Shown: positions 13,100-28,467, counted from the stretch's first letter. The stretch is DNA of 64,000 nt from Octopus sinensis (GCF_006345805.1 NC_043018.1:13144001-13208000), one strand, 5' to 3'. Numbers and translations: made by a program. The notes: generated from the letters alone by a model not told the origin.

Positions 13100-13623
13100 T
13101 TCATACTATCAAGCAGTGATTCCAAATTTAAAGGTTTTTCAACAAAAAATATAGAGATATCGAGAAAAAGAATGAATGAGGTCCAAAAGCACGTGGTGTA
13201 CGAGAATGAATAGGATATTTCTGTATCTAAAACCGAAAGCAGCGATTCTGAAGAAACTGAAAGCAATGATAGTGTCAGCAAAGATTATTTTACATCGGAA
13301 TGAAGTAAAAACTTTTAAAATGTTTTTATTTTTTTCAGTATGCTTGTCTGAAGCGATCACTGCAGAAACAAACCGTTGCGCAGAATGTAAACAAACAGTA
13401 TATGCCAGGAAAGCCCACGAAATGGGGGATCAAAGTTTGGAAAATTTGTGAAACAAATACTGGGTACTGCTGTGGAGTTAGTTTTTATACAGGGAAAATA
13501 ATGTTAGTTAGCATGGCCTAGGGTACGATGTGGTCTGGAATTTATCACTTCCATACCATAACCAGGGCTGTATATTATTTTTTGACCGATTTCTTTAGTT
13601 CGGTCAAACTTGCAGTGGATTTA
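13100..13623 (+). pseudogene. piggyBac transposase relic, internally deleted and frameshifted
   Basis: 13393-13497 KQYMPGKPTKWGIKVWKICETNTGYCCGVSFYTGK, then HGLGYDVVWNLSLPYHNQGCILFFDRF/FSSVKLAVDL, which are canonical piggyBac DDD-domain motifs. An acidic stretch (SKTESSDSEETESNDS) lies upstream. Confidence 0.9.
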
Positions 13624-13799
13624 GGTGGATTCAGTTTATTTCACCTTTATGTTACACGTGTTCTGTTGTGCATTAAATTCAACTGATAATCTAGTGATGT
13701 GCACAATTCTTCTATATCAAAATTTTGTTGCATACCCGACTGAATAATTAGCTGATGATTCATTTTCTATGGTGATGTTTGAACAAAATTTTAATATCT

Positions 13800-14041
13800 T
13801 ATTTTTACCTTTTGCTCATTTTACCTGGATTTACCTGTAATTAAAGTCACTTTGAGACAAAAGTTATGCAATAGAATTGATTAAGAACCCTTTAATTATG
13901 TTCCAAATATCACAATAATATGTTAAGTAAAAAAGTTATAGTTGTTTAATGAAACTAGTCTAAATTCATGATTATTTTAGAATTTAATTGAAACTCATGA
14001 GGAGTGTATTTTGGTCAGAAATATAGTAACGAAAGGGTTAA
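13800..14041. mobile_element. piggyBac-type MITE or element end
   Basis: Ends cagaaatatagtaacgaaagGGTTAA. Related sequence occurs at about 32243-32443 and 39360-39550. Left boundary uncertain. Confidence 0.55.
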
Positions 14042-14239
14042 TGAAATCTGCAAAGATGGCACACATCTTTGCTGAGACAGTTTCAGTAAGACAGTAAAGA
14101 GTTAAGATAGGTGCAAGGACAGAACAGTCTTTGCAAAAGTTGTTTTGGTTTGATCTGAGTAGTGTTTCAATAGGGTCTGAGATGCGAATGAGCATGATAT
14201 GATTGAAGTGTTTGGCTGAGCATGACATCAGAGCCAATC

Positions 14240-14700
14240 CCAGGATACAAGCCATACTCTAATAGATCTTCACCTCACATACAATCACAAATGCTCAAAC
14301 TCAAACCATAAACTTAGAGTCAGATGCCATTGAAACCAGTCTCCTTATAAACTGCTCAAATACAAAGTCCATAATCATTGATGAAAATACTGGTGAGTGT
14401 GATCTTACACTCTCATCAGGGCTCATTGAATGAGTTGCTGATTTCAGCTACCTGGGTTTCAATAAACTATCAACTTTAATGTTAACATTTGTGAAGTGAT
14501 AACATGGTCAGCATCCAACAAACTACAGAAAATCTGGAAGGCACAACGATTTGTCCCATGAACTAAAACGGCCCGTTTTGTGCCACAGTAGAATATGTTC
14601 TGCTCTATACTTTTGAATGTTTGTCTCTTATGATGCCCTGGCCACAATCCCAAGACAGTGCACACACTTGACTTAAACATCTCTTATGCTGACACCAGAT
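14240..14700 (+). pseudogene. RTE-type LINE reverse-transcriptase C-terminal fragment
   Basis: Broken frames read VADFSYLG...AWS-like TWSASNKLQKIWK...FCATVEYVLLY, matching the V.DF.YLG and F.ATVESVLLYG motifs of RTE LINEs. Confidence 0.75.
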
Positions 14701-15789
14701 TGATCTTTACCATCCCTTGGCCAGATGGTTAAAAGTTGCAGGCCACAATTTGTATCAATGATACTAACCCATGAGGTGTTGACAAATTTACATTGATAAT
14801 ACCAGACTGAACTGGGTTGATATCCTTGACTAATTACACAAATGACTAACTATTAAAGCAGATATATAATTTTCCCAGTAAAAGTTTAATGAATAAATAA
14901 TCTACTAAAAGTATGGAGTAATCCCTCAGTTTAATGGTAAACAGTTTTTTTTTTATTGATGATGATGAACTTGACATAAAAACAAACATTAATAACATAC
15001 ATGTATCATAATTATCGTCATTTTAATAACCACTTTTCCATGCTTGTATGGATCTTGAGGTAGATTGTCTGGTTGCATGCCCTTTCTGTCACCAACCCTC
15101 ACTTGTGTGTGACAATGAGGCTCATTTACAACCATCATGTAATGTCTGGGCATGAGTAGACACACACAAGCACAAATGTATGACAGGCTCCTTTCAGTTT
15201 CCCTCTATCAGATCTACTTACAAGGCTTTAGCTGGCCTGGGGCTATAAAAACCACTTATCCAAGGTGCTGTGCAATAGGATTGAATCAAAAATTACAAAA
15301 CTGAGAAGCAAACCTCTCAACTAGTCATGTGTGTGCGTGTGCATGTATATTATATATATTATTTTAATTGGCAGATGTTACTTAGTGACTCAAGGGCCAA
15401 AAGTTTCATGTATGGCCCTTAAAATGCCATTAATAAAACTCCTGGCCCTTGAGTGAGTTTTGCTAATTAGAATGATAAGTGAGCGTGTCTCGTTGCCTTA
15501 ACATCGCGTAATGGTCGTGAACGAATATCGCTCTTTATACAAACAGTGCAGTTTGTTCCCAATCCGCAAAAAACCTATCCTAACCATTGGGAAATGTTAT
15601 CATGCTTACAAACAGGTGTGGGCTGGCAACAAGAAAGGGATCCGGCCCTAAAACCATCTGCTCCAAGGAATTCTGCTCGATCAATACAAGCATCGAAAGG
15701 TGGACATGAAAATGATTTTATAAAACAATAACTTTTCATATCAGGTAAAATTTTAACAGCATTGGTGTTAGAGTTCAATTCTTACGTAC

Positions 15790-15834
<45 letters not shown>

Positions 15835-16648
15835 TATATATAATATAAACATATATCTTGATACATAATAGTGAGTGCACGAGTGTTCGAAGTTGGATAC
15901 ATCTTTTCGAGGAAAATGTTGGGCAATTTTCTGAACTTTGTTCTTTTTAGCTTCTTGAGAGCAAAACTAATATCACATACCCCAAGTACTTCAATTAGAT
16001 ACAAGTGGGACTGAACAAGAAAGCGTGTGGTTGGGAAGCAGGCTTTTTACCACACAGCCATCCAGAAATACATACACACACACACATATTTCGAGAAGAG
16101 CAGGTAAAAATATCGATATTAAAATCATTGCAACTAATTATATAATATCGTGAATCACAGCAATGAGAAGAGAAAAAAATCAGATCCATCCCTAATTATA
16201 CAAAATGAAGGACGAGAGAGAGACAAAAGAGAGAAAGGAGAGGCGGCGGCCAAAGTTTAAAGGGTACGCATCAAACAACGTTGTCCATCCTTCAAATATC
16301 TCTCATATATATATAAATATATATATATATATACACACACATACATATACACACACAAAGTTGAAAGTATTTAGACTTTTCTCTTTTTGTTTTTGCGAAT
16401 TTTTATATTTCATTTCTGAGAAACGCTTCTGAGATTTTCAGTAAATAATTTTAAAAAACCAGAAAAAACAAAGAAACAAACATTTTCATTCAAATGTAGC
16501 GATTATCTAAAAGTCAAGATGATTATTTTTTTGCATCAAATATTTCTCCCAGGCACATTTTATTTCATTCGAAACTAAGAACCAAAGATTTGTGGGTGTA
16601 TATGGTATACTACACACATATACACGCGTACAGAGTTTATGCATTTTC

Positions 16649-16708
<60 letters not shown>

Positions 16709-16822
16709 AAATATTAGGGAATAAATCCAAACTTACAGGGAAAAATCAGATTTAGGATTGAATCCAATTTTATAGTAAAATATTATATTATATTAAATTA
16801 GAGACAAAACTTCTCTAATTTA

Positions 16823-16854
<32 letters not shown>

Positions 16855-17049
16855 GCTACTTGCAATATATAATATATACTCGTTATAGTGTGTGTATATG
16901 CAATATACAAACGACTTACAATGTGAAACAGACACCTACACTGTAATATTGAAAAAAAAATGTTATACCCACAATTTGATATAGAATAAAGCGTGTACAA
17001 AGACGTGTATACACAGGAATCATCATACAATTATATATATATATACAAT

Positions 17050-17620
17050 TAAACTAAGTGAAATATACGACAGTCGTCCTCGTCTTTCTTTTTTATTTGT
17101 TTAATGTAATATTTGAGGAACGAAGCAGAAAAGAATTGAATTCTTCGCTCCGTCCTGAGCCACAATGAAAGTATTTTATATTCAACAATGCAATAACATA
17201 AGAAGAGCTGCGATGGTTGTGTGAGTGTGTGAACGGCAAATAATAATAATATAATTATTTCCCACAGTAATAAATGAAAACAGAGCCAACGTTTTCAGCA
17301 GCGAACAAGAAAAAGAAGAGAGGCGACCAAAAGAGGCAGAGGCGATGGCGAAGGAGACGAAGACACTTTCATCCTAAAACCAAAAACTATCCGCCATGTT
17401 CTTTACACCGAACAAAAGATTTGGGAAGTTGGCAGCGAAGCAGAGGCGAAAAGACACTCTGCACACGAACAGACCGAGTCGCATTAGACATGTATAGATA
17501 CATAAAAACATCTACGAAGCAGGAATTGCTGGCTGGTTGGTGTTGTTTTAAAGGCCTCAGGTCAAGCCTGCCATCAAACAAACGAACCTCCTTACAATCA
17601 GTAGATCTTAGACTTAGACT
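17050..17620. promoter_or_regulatory. CpG-retaining unique segment, possible promoter or 5' UTR
   Basis: Visibly more CpG than the flanks, non-repetitive, no long ORF. Function is inferred only. Confidence 0.25.
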
Positions 17621-17935
17621 TCTTCCCCCGCCACCTTTTTTTCCTTTTATTTAAAAGATGTTAGGATGTGGTCTGAGGGAGATTTAGCTGCTGTTTCCAG
17701 ATAGCAGAATGACTACGTAGATAAAAAAAATTGTGTTTATATATATATAGTTTGCACTATGTAACACTACACTCGATTTTTGCATTGAGTACTACTTTAT
17801 AAGTAATCCACTTTGAGTGACGAACCAGTTTCAACAAATACATAAAATACAGAGGCTTCATGGCCAGAGTGAAGTATATCTGAATGTGTGTATACACACA
17901 CACACGGACATATTTACCTTCGCCTAGTCTGCCTC

Positions 17936-17995
<60 letters not shown>

Positions 17996-18264
17996 ATATA
18001 TATATATATTATATATATATATATAATATATATATATATATACATACACACACACAACGACTCACAGAAGACATAATCAAAGGCATTCCACTGTGACTCG
18101 CCAACCTTTTATTCTAACTCTACACTATTCTGAGTCCTTTGCAAATAGAAAGAAGTGGAATGCAAGTCAAGTTAGATTTGCTGCTGTTTCTAGCAAAGTG
18201 GTTATGCAAGCGACATGTCTTTCAATGCAGGGAAAATGTAGTGTTGATGATGATGATGATGATC

Positions 18265-18304
<40 letters not shown>

Positions 18305-19152
18305 TGATGTCTGTCAATTTACAAAAGCAGAAACGAAGGGGAAGTGAGTAATAACCGCTGAAATAGACCTCACTACTTGACAGGTTGTGCATTTTATCGA
18401 CCCCGGGTGGATGAAAATTAAAGCCGACCTCGGTGATAATAAAAATAATGTCTAAATAATAAGCAACAGCTTATAAAATTATGTAGAACACACAACACAC
18501 ATTTAGATGTGTGTAAGTGTATATATAAGAAATTAGATTTACACACACACACACACTAGCTTATTAAATCAAAAATTTTTCCATTGCTTATCTCAAAATA
18601 CAGGACTTACGTCACCAACGAAACAAGAAACGCATGAACATCACACATTCTCATTCCTTTCACTTTACAAAGAAAATTTTTTTAAGAAAATGGGAGTGTT
18701 TTTGACTGTCTCAAACTAGTTCACTAAATGCTTGTCAATTTACAGATTTTACACAATGTGTGTGTGTGTATAATTATGGGAAACAGTTGTCGCTGATAAC
18801 CTTTCTTTGTGTGACCCCAAATATTCAGGGATGGAGGGGGAGGGGGAGAGAGATTTAACTCGGGGGGGGGGGATCTTTCGGGTCAATCGAGTAGAAGAAA
18901 AAAGGGAGTCGGTTTATGTTAGTAATTATTACTAGGACGGGTGGACAACAGCGTAGGAAGAAGGTTTCTCGGCTATGCCATCGGTTACTAAGGTAGACGT
19001 TGACTGCCCCCACCCTTCTTCCACCGACAACAGACCTTGTAAAATAGGGAAACATGGACGAGTAACACACAAAACACGTGCGTGGATTCTCTACCACAGA
19101 CGGGGAATACTTAATGCGTGAGCGCTTATCTCTAACTTATGTTGCATCATAT

Positions 19153-19186
<34 letters not shown>

Positions 19187-19354
19187 CATACATAGATATA
19201 TATGTGTGTGTGAGCGCGCGCGCACTGGGATTTTTATGTGTCCACACATATAGATTAACAGAAAATGTATTACTGGCTACTTTTTAAATATATTTTATCT
19301 ATACGACGAATTGAGGATTCGTCTAAACTACATGCGAACGCAATACTATACTAT

Positions 19355-19421
<67 letters not shown>

Positions 19422-19541
19422 TATGCACACGAGTGACTGGACAAACGAACAGGCACTCACATTTTTGGGGAGTTACAGGTATGGATCAAAATAGTTTGCT
19501 TCAAGTGTGTGTGTGTGTGCGCGAGTGTGTGTGTGTGTATG

Positions 19542-19590
<49 letters not shown>

Positions 19591-19941
19591 TTAATAAGGG
19601 TGAGAGAATTAGATACTAATTTAATAGTATATCTATTCAACACCAAGTGGCCCAGTGCCCCGAGAAACAATATATTATAAAATATATATATATACACACA
19701 CACAAATAAATGAATGTACACATAGTAGCTAAAAAAAAAAGGTATACATGCATTTCCCCGTACATATAACATAACGTGTTTCACCAAGCTCTATGCATTT
19801 ATTATATACATACATACACACTTCTCTATCAGATCAATATATATATATTATACATAGTCAAATCCCACTCCAGGTAATATACATATATATACATATACAC
19901 ACACTTCACGTCAATACATCCATGTTTCCAGATCCCTCTTA

Positions 19942-19972
<31 letters not shown>

Positions 19973-22845
19973 GATAGATAGATAGATAGATAGATAGATA
20001 CATTCATCCACACGTAATCCTATCGACACCAGCTACAACAGCCTATGCATTCAAGACAGGTGTGTGTGTGCTTGCTACTTGTTATGAGTCACACAGACAA
20101 GTCGACAGTGGAAATTATATCTCCCCACGAGCTAAAAGCTTCACTCATCTACTTCATCATCTAAGACACTCCCACCATTACAGACAAACACTCAAGGAGT
20201 AAATCACCAGCCACAGACACTGAGGGATGACAGTTGGAAAGGCGTCTGAAATTTAAATATTTCTTTTCACCAAGAATGGAAGACGAGGAATCCGAACGGA
20301 CCAAGGCAGCCGAACCATGCAAACTTAATATTCAATATACATGCTTCCAACTTTTATGGACGCGATGTACATAAGTGTGTGTGTGCGTGTGTGCGCGAGT
20401 GTGTGTGTGTGTGTGTGTGTGCGCGAGTGTGTGTGTGGAGTGCTCAATTTCACCATCAACTGGAAAACTCGTCGTCATAACTGACAGAGTGTCAGTCCAT
20501 AATACCGAACAATAATATATATTATACTCACGCACGCGTATATATGCATATTTATTATCTATATAAACCCATAAACAGATACATGTAATTGTGCACGTCT
20601 ATGTGTATGTGTGCGTGTGTATGTATATTTATATATGTCCACCTATCCAAATCAGTTTGTGCCTATTTGTTGAGGCAGATTCTCTCTGGCTGAATGCCTT
20701 TTCTGTTGCCCTCACTCGTTCCAAGCAAGATGGTTTCCCAACGACCATACATATTCACATGGCAGATTGTTAACAAATAACATCACTTGTAACAGAGTGA
20801 CCCTCCATTAAGGTATTGCACACTGTCAATATGAAGAGGTGTGTGTATATATATATATACACACGCTTCTTTCAGTTTCTGTCAACTCACAAGGCTTTGA
20901 GCAAATTAGGACTATAGAAGACACTCGTCCAAGGCACAATGCAGTGGAACTAAACATAGTTGGGAAGCTATAATAAAAATTCCTTGATATAGGCACAAGG
21001 CCTGAAATTTGGGGAGGGGGGTAGTCAGTTACATCAACCCCAGAAGGATGAAGAGCAAAATTGACCTCAGTGGAATTTGAACTCAGAACAAAGACACAAG
21101 AAATGATGTTAGGCATTTTGTCTTGTGTGCTAACGACTCTGCCAGCTCACCACTTTAGTAAGAACAACAATAATAATCATCCTTTTCTATGAAAGGCATA
21201 AGGCCTGAAACTGGGGGAGGGGGTTAGTTGATTATAATTGACCCCTGTGCTCAACTGGTGCTTATTTCATTGACCCTCAGCAGGATTTCAAACCAGAAGA
21301 AATACTGCATGGCATTTTATTCAACACTAATGATTCTGCAAGTTCACTGCCTTCATAACAATAATACTGAAGACAAGATTCAGACCAACTGATGAACTTT
21401 AGTGCAGCCGAATATAAAGGCGCCTCCTCCATCACAATCCTTGTCTGACCGACAAGACAGTCAGAAGACATAAAGTGCTGAATGTGAAATAACAGGTTCA
21501 AAATTCAGTTTTCTTCCTGTCCAGCCTGTTGCAGGCCAGTTCCCAACAACTATATTATATAGTGTGGGTGTGTAGTGCAATCATTCAGACAGCAAATAAC
21601 CATGTGTCTTCCAATATATCCAAAAGTTTAATTTGGATGGAATCTACAGTTGTGTAGGTTACAGAGAACAAATGAAAGTAAAACAACAGGAATTTGTATA
21701 TTTAAAGTATCTTTAAATCTTCAGTGATTGTGCAACACATTAGGAATCTTTAAGTCATACTAGGGAAATGGCCGTATAGTTGTATGAACGACTAAAGAGG
21801 GGTTATGCAATTTCTAAACAAAATGCTAAAGGTTGGCAACAGGAAGAGCATTTGGCCACAGAAAATGTTCAAAGTTTCTTCTAACATAGACTAGGATGGG
21901 AAAATGGGTCTAAAACCAAATGAACAAATACACTAATATATATATATATATACATACAATAGAAATAAATAAAAGGAAATCACTGATAGCAGTGAGTGGC
22001 ATGTTTTCAACAAGAGAACATTAAATTTCATACAAGACACAAATTCTTTTTCACTGAAATTATCTTCTCGTTTCAGACAAAACAGATCCATCACTTTGTA
22101 GCAATTGGGATCAACTCTAAATGAAGAGGAGAGATAATCCCTAAAAATCAAGAATTTCCAAAACTGATATGCCATTAACAAAACAAAAGTCTGATTGTGT
22201 GGAGACAAGAAAACAGCTGTCCACACATTTCTGGTTCAACAGACATCCATAAACATTCATACAGTATATATGTATCTATATGCAATATATGTGCATGTGC
22301 ACAAACACAACCACACAATATATGTGTTCACATAGACACACCATCATTATCATTTAATGTGTTGTTCATGCTGGCATGGGTTGGACCACATAGACTAATA
22401 TATCCATTCAGTTTATGCATGTACACATGTGTGTGTATATGGGTGTGTGTGTGTGTGCACTAAAAATACACATTAAGTACAGGAGAAAATACCAAAAGAA
22501 GTCCAACTCCTCCTCAGTTGTCAACTGTTTTACTTCTCCCTGTTTCGTGCTTTTAACGACAAGGTAGGAAAACTTCATAAGACAGCAGCATCCAGAAATT
22601 TTTAAACTATCAAATTTGAGGAGAACAACCAACAACACAGTGGATGTACAAAGTAAACAATCGATCAAAACAGACATTAAGAGCCGTTAGGCCAAGATAG
22701 ATTGTAATGGGCAACACCTGGGAAATTTTTTTAAAGGAAATAGAATAAATAGAAGAAAATAGAGGAAAAGAAAAAATGTTGGGAAGCAACAGAAATGACG
22801 TCCAGCCTGGTGGGTGTCTTGTCCAGAAAAGAAAGGGCTATGTAT

Positions 22846-22914
<69 letters not shown>

Positions 22915-24954
22915 ATGTGTATGTACTTTGTGGGTATGAGAATGCTTATACAAAGGATAGGCACCAAGTTAGTGCTTGTACAGTTCATGTTCTTAAAACC
23001 TAACTCCTTAATCAGAGTAGGGCACTCTAGTAGTGGGTGAGTTAGTTACAAGAAAAAATTCAATTGAATATAAAAAAAAGGGGAAATTGTGGAGAGAACT
23101 TGTGAAAAGGTAGACCCAGGAAGATGTAAGATGGAGTGGTGAGAAACAATCTTCAGCTGTTGAGCCTCACAGAGGAGATGACAAAGGACTGAGACTTCTG
23201 GTGATTGGCTGTGCATGAGTAGACATGTCATGCTAAGTAAAATTGTGGCCAAACACACAAGCACAGCCTTTGCAACCATGGTCTCCTCTCACACACACAA
23301 TCTGCCTTCTGTTAAAACTCCCCCACCCCTGCTGCAGGCCCCACCACTCTCCCTCGGGTATCTGCCAGCCACTCCAATTTCTCTCGCCTAACTTCCTAAT
23401 CATCTCCCCTTACACTATTATGAATCATTCTTGCTCCTATCCCCTCAGTACCACTTATATTCCACCCATTGCACCCTATTTCTCGCTGTCTTTCTATCTC
23501 TCCTTTCTTTTCCTACTGGAGGAGCCAAGTATCTTCTCCATAGCAAGACACCTTTCTTTATCCCTCTATTATACTTTAATCTCTCAACTAATACAAAGCC
23601 ACCTCCCTCTTGTCTTGCATGTTACTTGGCAACCCCACTGGTGCTGGTGCCACATAAAAAGCACTCAATACATTCTGGTTGGCATTAGGGAAGGCATCCA
23701 GCCATAGAAAACATGCCAAAACAGACAATGAAGCTTGATGTGGTCCTCTGGTTTGCCAGCCCCTATCAAACTGTCCAACCCATGCCAGTATGGAAGTTGT
23801 CTGGAATATATTTACAGGAACTGTTACCTAATTTTGATATAATCACATCGTTACAACCGTTTCAATGTGTCCTGTGAATAATTAATATTATGAAATTAGA
23901 TGCAAACAATTAAAAACAATATTACTCAAAAGCATTTAAGCAATGAAAGATGAACCATGATACAGAAGAACTTTCATGGAGCATAGAACATTCTCTTCAG
24001 AAGGGAAGTGACAAATGATAAAAGTGTAATATTGCTATAAACAGCTGTAATGGCTTCATTATATTATGCCTATGACTGTCCATCTGTGTGTGTGTATGAT
24101 TATAGACATTCATAGTATGCATGTATATATATATATCACACACATTAAAATATCCACACAGCATGTGCAAGTAAAAATATATGCAAACACATATAGATAT
24201 AAAAATATATCCATACAGCATCTTTATATACAAATAGTAACTGGGACACGCTCTCTCTTTCTCACACACTCCTATGTATGTATATATCTCATCTCCATCA
24301 CTTTAACATCTACTTTTCTATGATTGCTTGTCTGGGTCAGACGAAATTTGCTGAGGCAGATTTTCTCTATGAAGATGTTCTTCCTGCTGATCATTCTCAC
24401 CTTTTTCCAAGTAAGGTAATATTTACCCATGGCCAGACATGTTTTCACAGAACGCTGGAAAGCACCACCACCACCACCTCTTGTGTTATGGTGATGTATG
24501 TTTACAACTATCAAGCCATGTCAGGATTGGGGACACAAATATACAGACAGAAGATAGACACACACACACAGAGCAGCCTTCTTTCTATTTTCATCCATTC
24601 AGTATATAAATTCACACATACAATGTGTGTGTGTGTGTGATGGACTCTCTTGTCGAAGACGACGTATGAGTGTCCAGCTTTTGCAGAACAACCTGCACCA
24701 GGTGTCACTTGCTATTAGTGACCAAATGTATCTGCTGCACATTTGCTCACTCCATCAAATCGACATTACCTGAACAGGTGCAAGGTTTGCCATGCATCAG
24801 GTGTGAAACTGATTGCAGAGCAATGTGATATGAAGTGTTTTGCTAAAGAACACAATGCACCACCTGGACGAGGAATTGAAACCCTGATCTTTCAATCGGG
24901 AGTGCAACACCCTAACCACTAGATCATGTATCCTCACAACAAGAACGTTAGTCA

Positions 24955-25150
24955 GCAGAGACTATGGGAATCGAACCCACTCCCAATGAATGGTGTTTAG
25001 CCACTACACACATTTTTTTTCCTCTCCTTATTTTTTCTGTGTCCCTTTCTGTAGAAGAGCGTAGGCTCGAAACGTAAAAGACTTTCTATTCCTGAGCATT
25101 ATACTAATACATTTGTTTGTTGTCTACACCACCTGTCTTCGTCTTTTGTT
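24955..25150. mobile_element. tRNA-like head (minus) adjoining a short hammerhead-like repeat (plus)
   Basis: Minus strand A-box-like GTAGTGGCTAA (25007-24997) and B-box GGGTTCGATTCCC (24978-24966). Plus strand hammerhead-like motif at 25045-25080. Confidence 0.55.
25045..25080 (+). ncRNA. Hammerhead-like motif with variant core (CUGUAGA)
   Basis: CTTT-CTGTAGA-a-GAGC-gtag-GCTC-GAAA-C-GTA-AAAG: stems I and II pair perfectly, stem III is the palindrome ACGT, GUA triplet. Core position 6 is U instead of A. Confidence 0.6.
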
Positions 25151-25180
25151 TTTTTCGTAAACTCTCCCTATATATATATA

Positions 25181-25214
<34 letters not shown>

Positions 25215-25511
25215 ATGTGTGTCTCTCAGCGTCGTTTGACAACCAGTTTTGGTGTTTACGTTTCCATAACCTAGCGTTTCGGCAAATGATCGATAGAATA
25301 AGTACCAGACTTAAAAGAAAAAAAAAACAGAGAAAAAAGTACTGGGGTTGATTCATTCGACTAAAATATTTTCAAAGCGGTGCCCCAGCATGGTCCACAG
25401 TCTAATGACAAAGAGGCATTGCACAGATACATATATCAATCTAGGTTTTCGGCGTAGCACTAACCCTAAACCGGGTGTGCATATTTTTTTCCTTCGCTCT
25501 CTCTCTCTCTC

Positions 25512-25547
<36 letters not shown>

Positions 25548-27565
25548 AAATCTTTAATACTATATACAACATATACTAACATACTTTATCACAAATGAAA
25601 AAGTGTACAAAATACGTATATACACACATGTGTGTGTGTGTGTGTGCGCGCTACAACTAAAAAAGGAGAATTCAATATAGTCGTAAAGGTTTGGCAAGCA
25701 CTTCAATGTCTCAACAGTTTTTGCCCGAGTCAGGACAGAACCCGTACACAAAATGCGAAACACGGAATCCCCCCCCCCCCCAATATTCCTGTGGTGAAAC
25801 TGATCACCGACTTCGTAGTCGGCAATGTCTAATCAACCTTCTCTCTCTCTCTCTCACATCGTCGCCAACCGACCGACCCTCACCTTTACCTTACTGCCGT
25901 AGATTAGGTTTTCCATTTACTTCCTGCTGCTAGAACTTCAAAAACGCAAAAGACCATCACTATTATTATCGACTCGGCCTTTCGTCTTTTCGAGGTCGAT
26001 AAAATAAGTACCAGTTGAACACTGGAGTCGATGTAATCCACTTACACACTCCCACGAAATTGTTGGCTTGTGCCAAAATTTGAAGCCATTATTATTATTA
26101 TTATTATTACCCATGCGATAGAAGAGAGAAAAGAAAGCCGAAGAGCAAGTTCTTTTAAAGGAAATGGGAGAACCCTTTTACTCTTGCACACTGTTTCTTA
26201 ATCATCCAACACACCCTGGGGGTGGAATTCGAGAATTAATCCCCGCCCGATCTACACATAATGCTAATATCCAATTTAAACTTTGTATCGCCTTTCCCTT
26301 TCTACCTTTCTAGTTTACATAGGTTTCAAGTGAATAGATATGATTATGTTGTGGAGATCAGGCCATTTTCAGCGGTTTGTATCCCATAATTAGCATTATA
26401 TACGCATCCGTACATTACGAACGTATGTGTATAACACTATTATATATTTGCGTACGTATGTACGTTATCTACATTTGTATGTGTAAGTAACATCAGATAC
26501 TTTGCGTGTGTGTGAATGAAAGAATTGGCTTCTTTTCAATGTTTTAACAAAAAAAAAGCCCTTTTTTAAATATATAAAATATACATATACATTATTTCTA
26601 AAAAGACTTATACACACATACGGCATTTTCGGCTATCAACAACAATTTTGTATCAAGAAATATTATAATATTCTTGATGAACAATGTGTGGATGAATTAA
26701 TTAATCATTTCCTACACGAGCACGAAGTCTGACAGACAGGTGTAACATAATAATGAGGTGTGGAGAGTATTAATGCTATTAGTTTATTTCACTGACCCAC
26801 AACCCGTTCTCACGAAGGTGTTTCCCCTCTAAGTATAGCTGAACAGAAATCCATCCCCACCACTCACAAAAAAACCAAAAAAGAAAGAAAAAAAACACAG
26901 GTGATATAAATTAATGATCGATTGGAGGTGAGAATCTACAAGTCGTAAATCCACTCCGAGAACTAAATAAATTAAATTTCTATTTATTTCATTAGGGAGC
27001 GGGGAAATGTCCCCTTGCTTTGAAACCTCAAAAAAACCCCACTTTTTCTTGTATCTTGTTTTACGAATTTTAATAAATTATTATACATACATGCGTGTGT
27101 ATATTGTTTGTAGTCTTTGGATTGTAGCCAGGCTGGGTGGGGCAGAAAATTTAATGGGTCAGTTATACTGAAACCTTCCCAACACTTGACTTGTACTTTT
27201 ATCGCGATCGGTAAGCTGAATGGAGAAGTCGACCTGGATTCGAACCTGAAATTTAAGGGGACGTAACCAAAGCACCAACACTTCGATGCTCCTATAAAAA
27301 TCTTTGACAAGGAAACCTACACATGATCGCTCGACATTTATAACAGCCAAATCTTTCTCAAATCAGAACCTATCGTCTTCAATAAGTGAAGGACACACTG
27401 AGTTTCGTTAAGTCCGTGGGGAGAGTAGATTATTTTTTTCGGTATCGATCTACTGTCAGAGAAAAGAAAATTTTTCAACTAGATATTCTAAATTTAGAAT
27501 AAAAACGTTATCAAAATTGACCCAGGACTAGACAATAACATGCGTGTACTGTCATATGTATTACG

Positions 27566-27614
<49 letters not shown>

Positions 27615-28394
27615 TAAATAAAACATATGCATATATATATACATATATGTACGTTCCTACCTCTACATGTATATATATATATATATATATATGAGTACAG
27701 GACACCAAAAAAACGTCGAACACAATGAGAAACGAAAACAGACACAAACCCAAGGAACTGGACATTTTTCTTAAACAAAAAAAAAATAGAGTACAGGACA
27801 AATAACACAAGGAAAAAAGCCCTTCTTCAGTCGCCATGGTTTCATCTACTCTACATTTCGAGTATATATGCATATATATATATATATATATATATAGATA
27901 TATATATATATATATATATATGCGCGCGTATAACGTGTAATGTATGCATATCAATCAGTGCTATATTATATGTACTTACCTAAATATATATCTCCGAAAG
28001 AGCCACTGCCTATCTTTCGACCAAGACGGTATTTATTACCAACTCTGAGCTCCATCTACAAGAAGAAGAATAAACAGGGAAAATAATATAAGAGAAAAAG
28101 GGAAGAAAAAAAAATGATTTTCTTTAAAATTCATGAAGAAGCACTTAAAATATTTATTATCCAGGTCGTTTACGGACTAATTAGAGAGAGTGAGTGAGAT
28201 GGATGATAGAGGGGAATCATAGTATTTAAGTCAATGGGTTTTCCAGCTGGGTTTGGGGGAGAAGATGAAATGATTTCACTCAGGAAATAGACACCTCTTG
28301 TAACAAACAGAAACGTCTATTATTATTTTAGGTAAAGCTTACGTAACTTACTATATATATACTAAAGTTATAAACATGATACAAGGGCTCCTAC

Positions 28395-28422
28395 ACATAC
28401 ATATGTGTGTATATATCCTCTC

Positions 28423-28467
<45 letters not shown>

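Noticed and set aside
14385-14425. CTGATGA followed by a perfect 6-bp stem (GAGTGT/ACACTC) on the minus strand
   Set aside because: No GAAA follows, and it lies inside an RTE LINE fragment.
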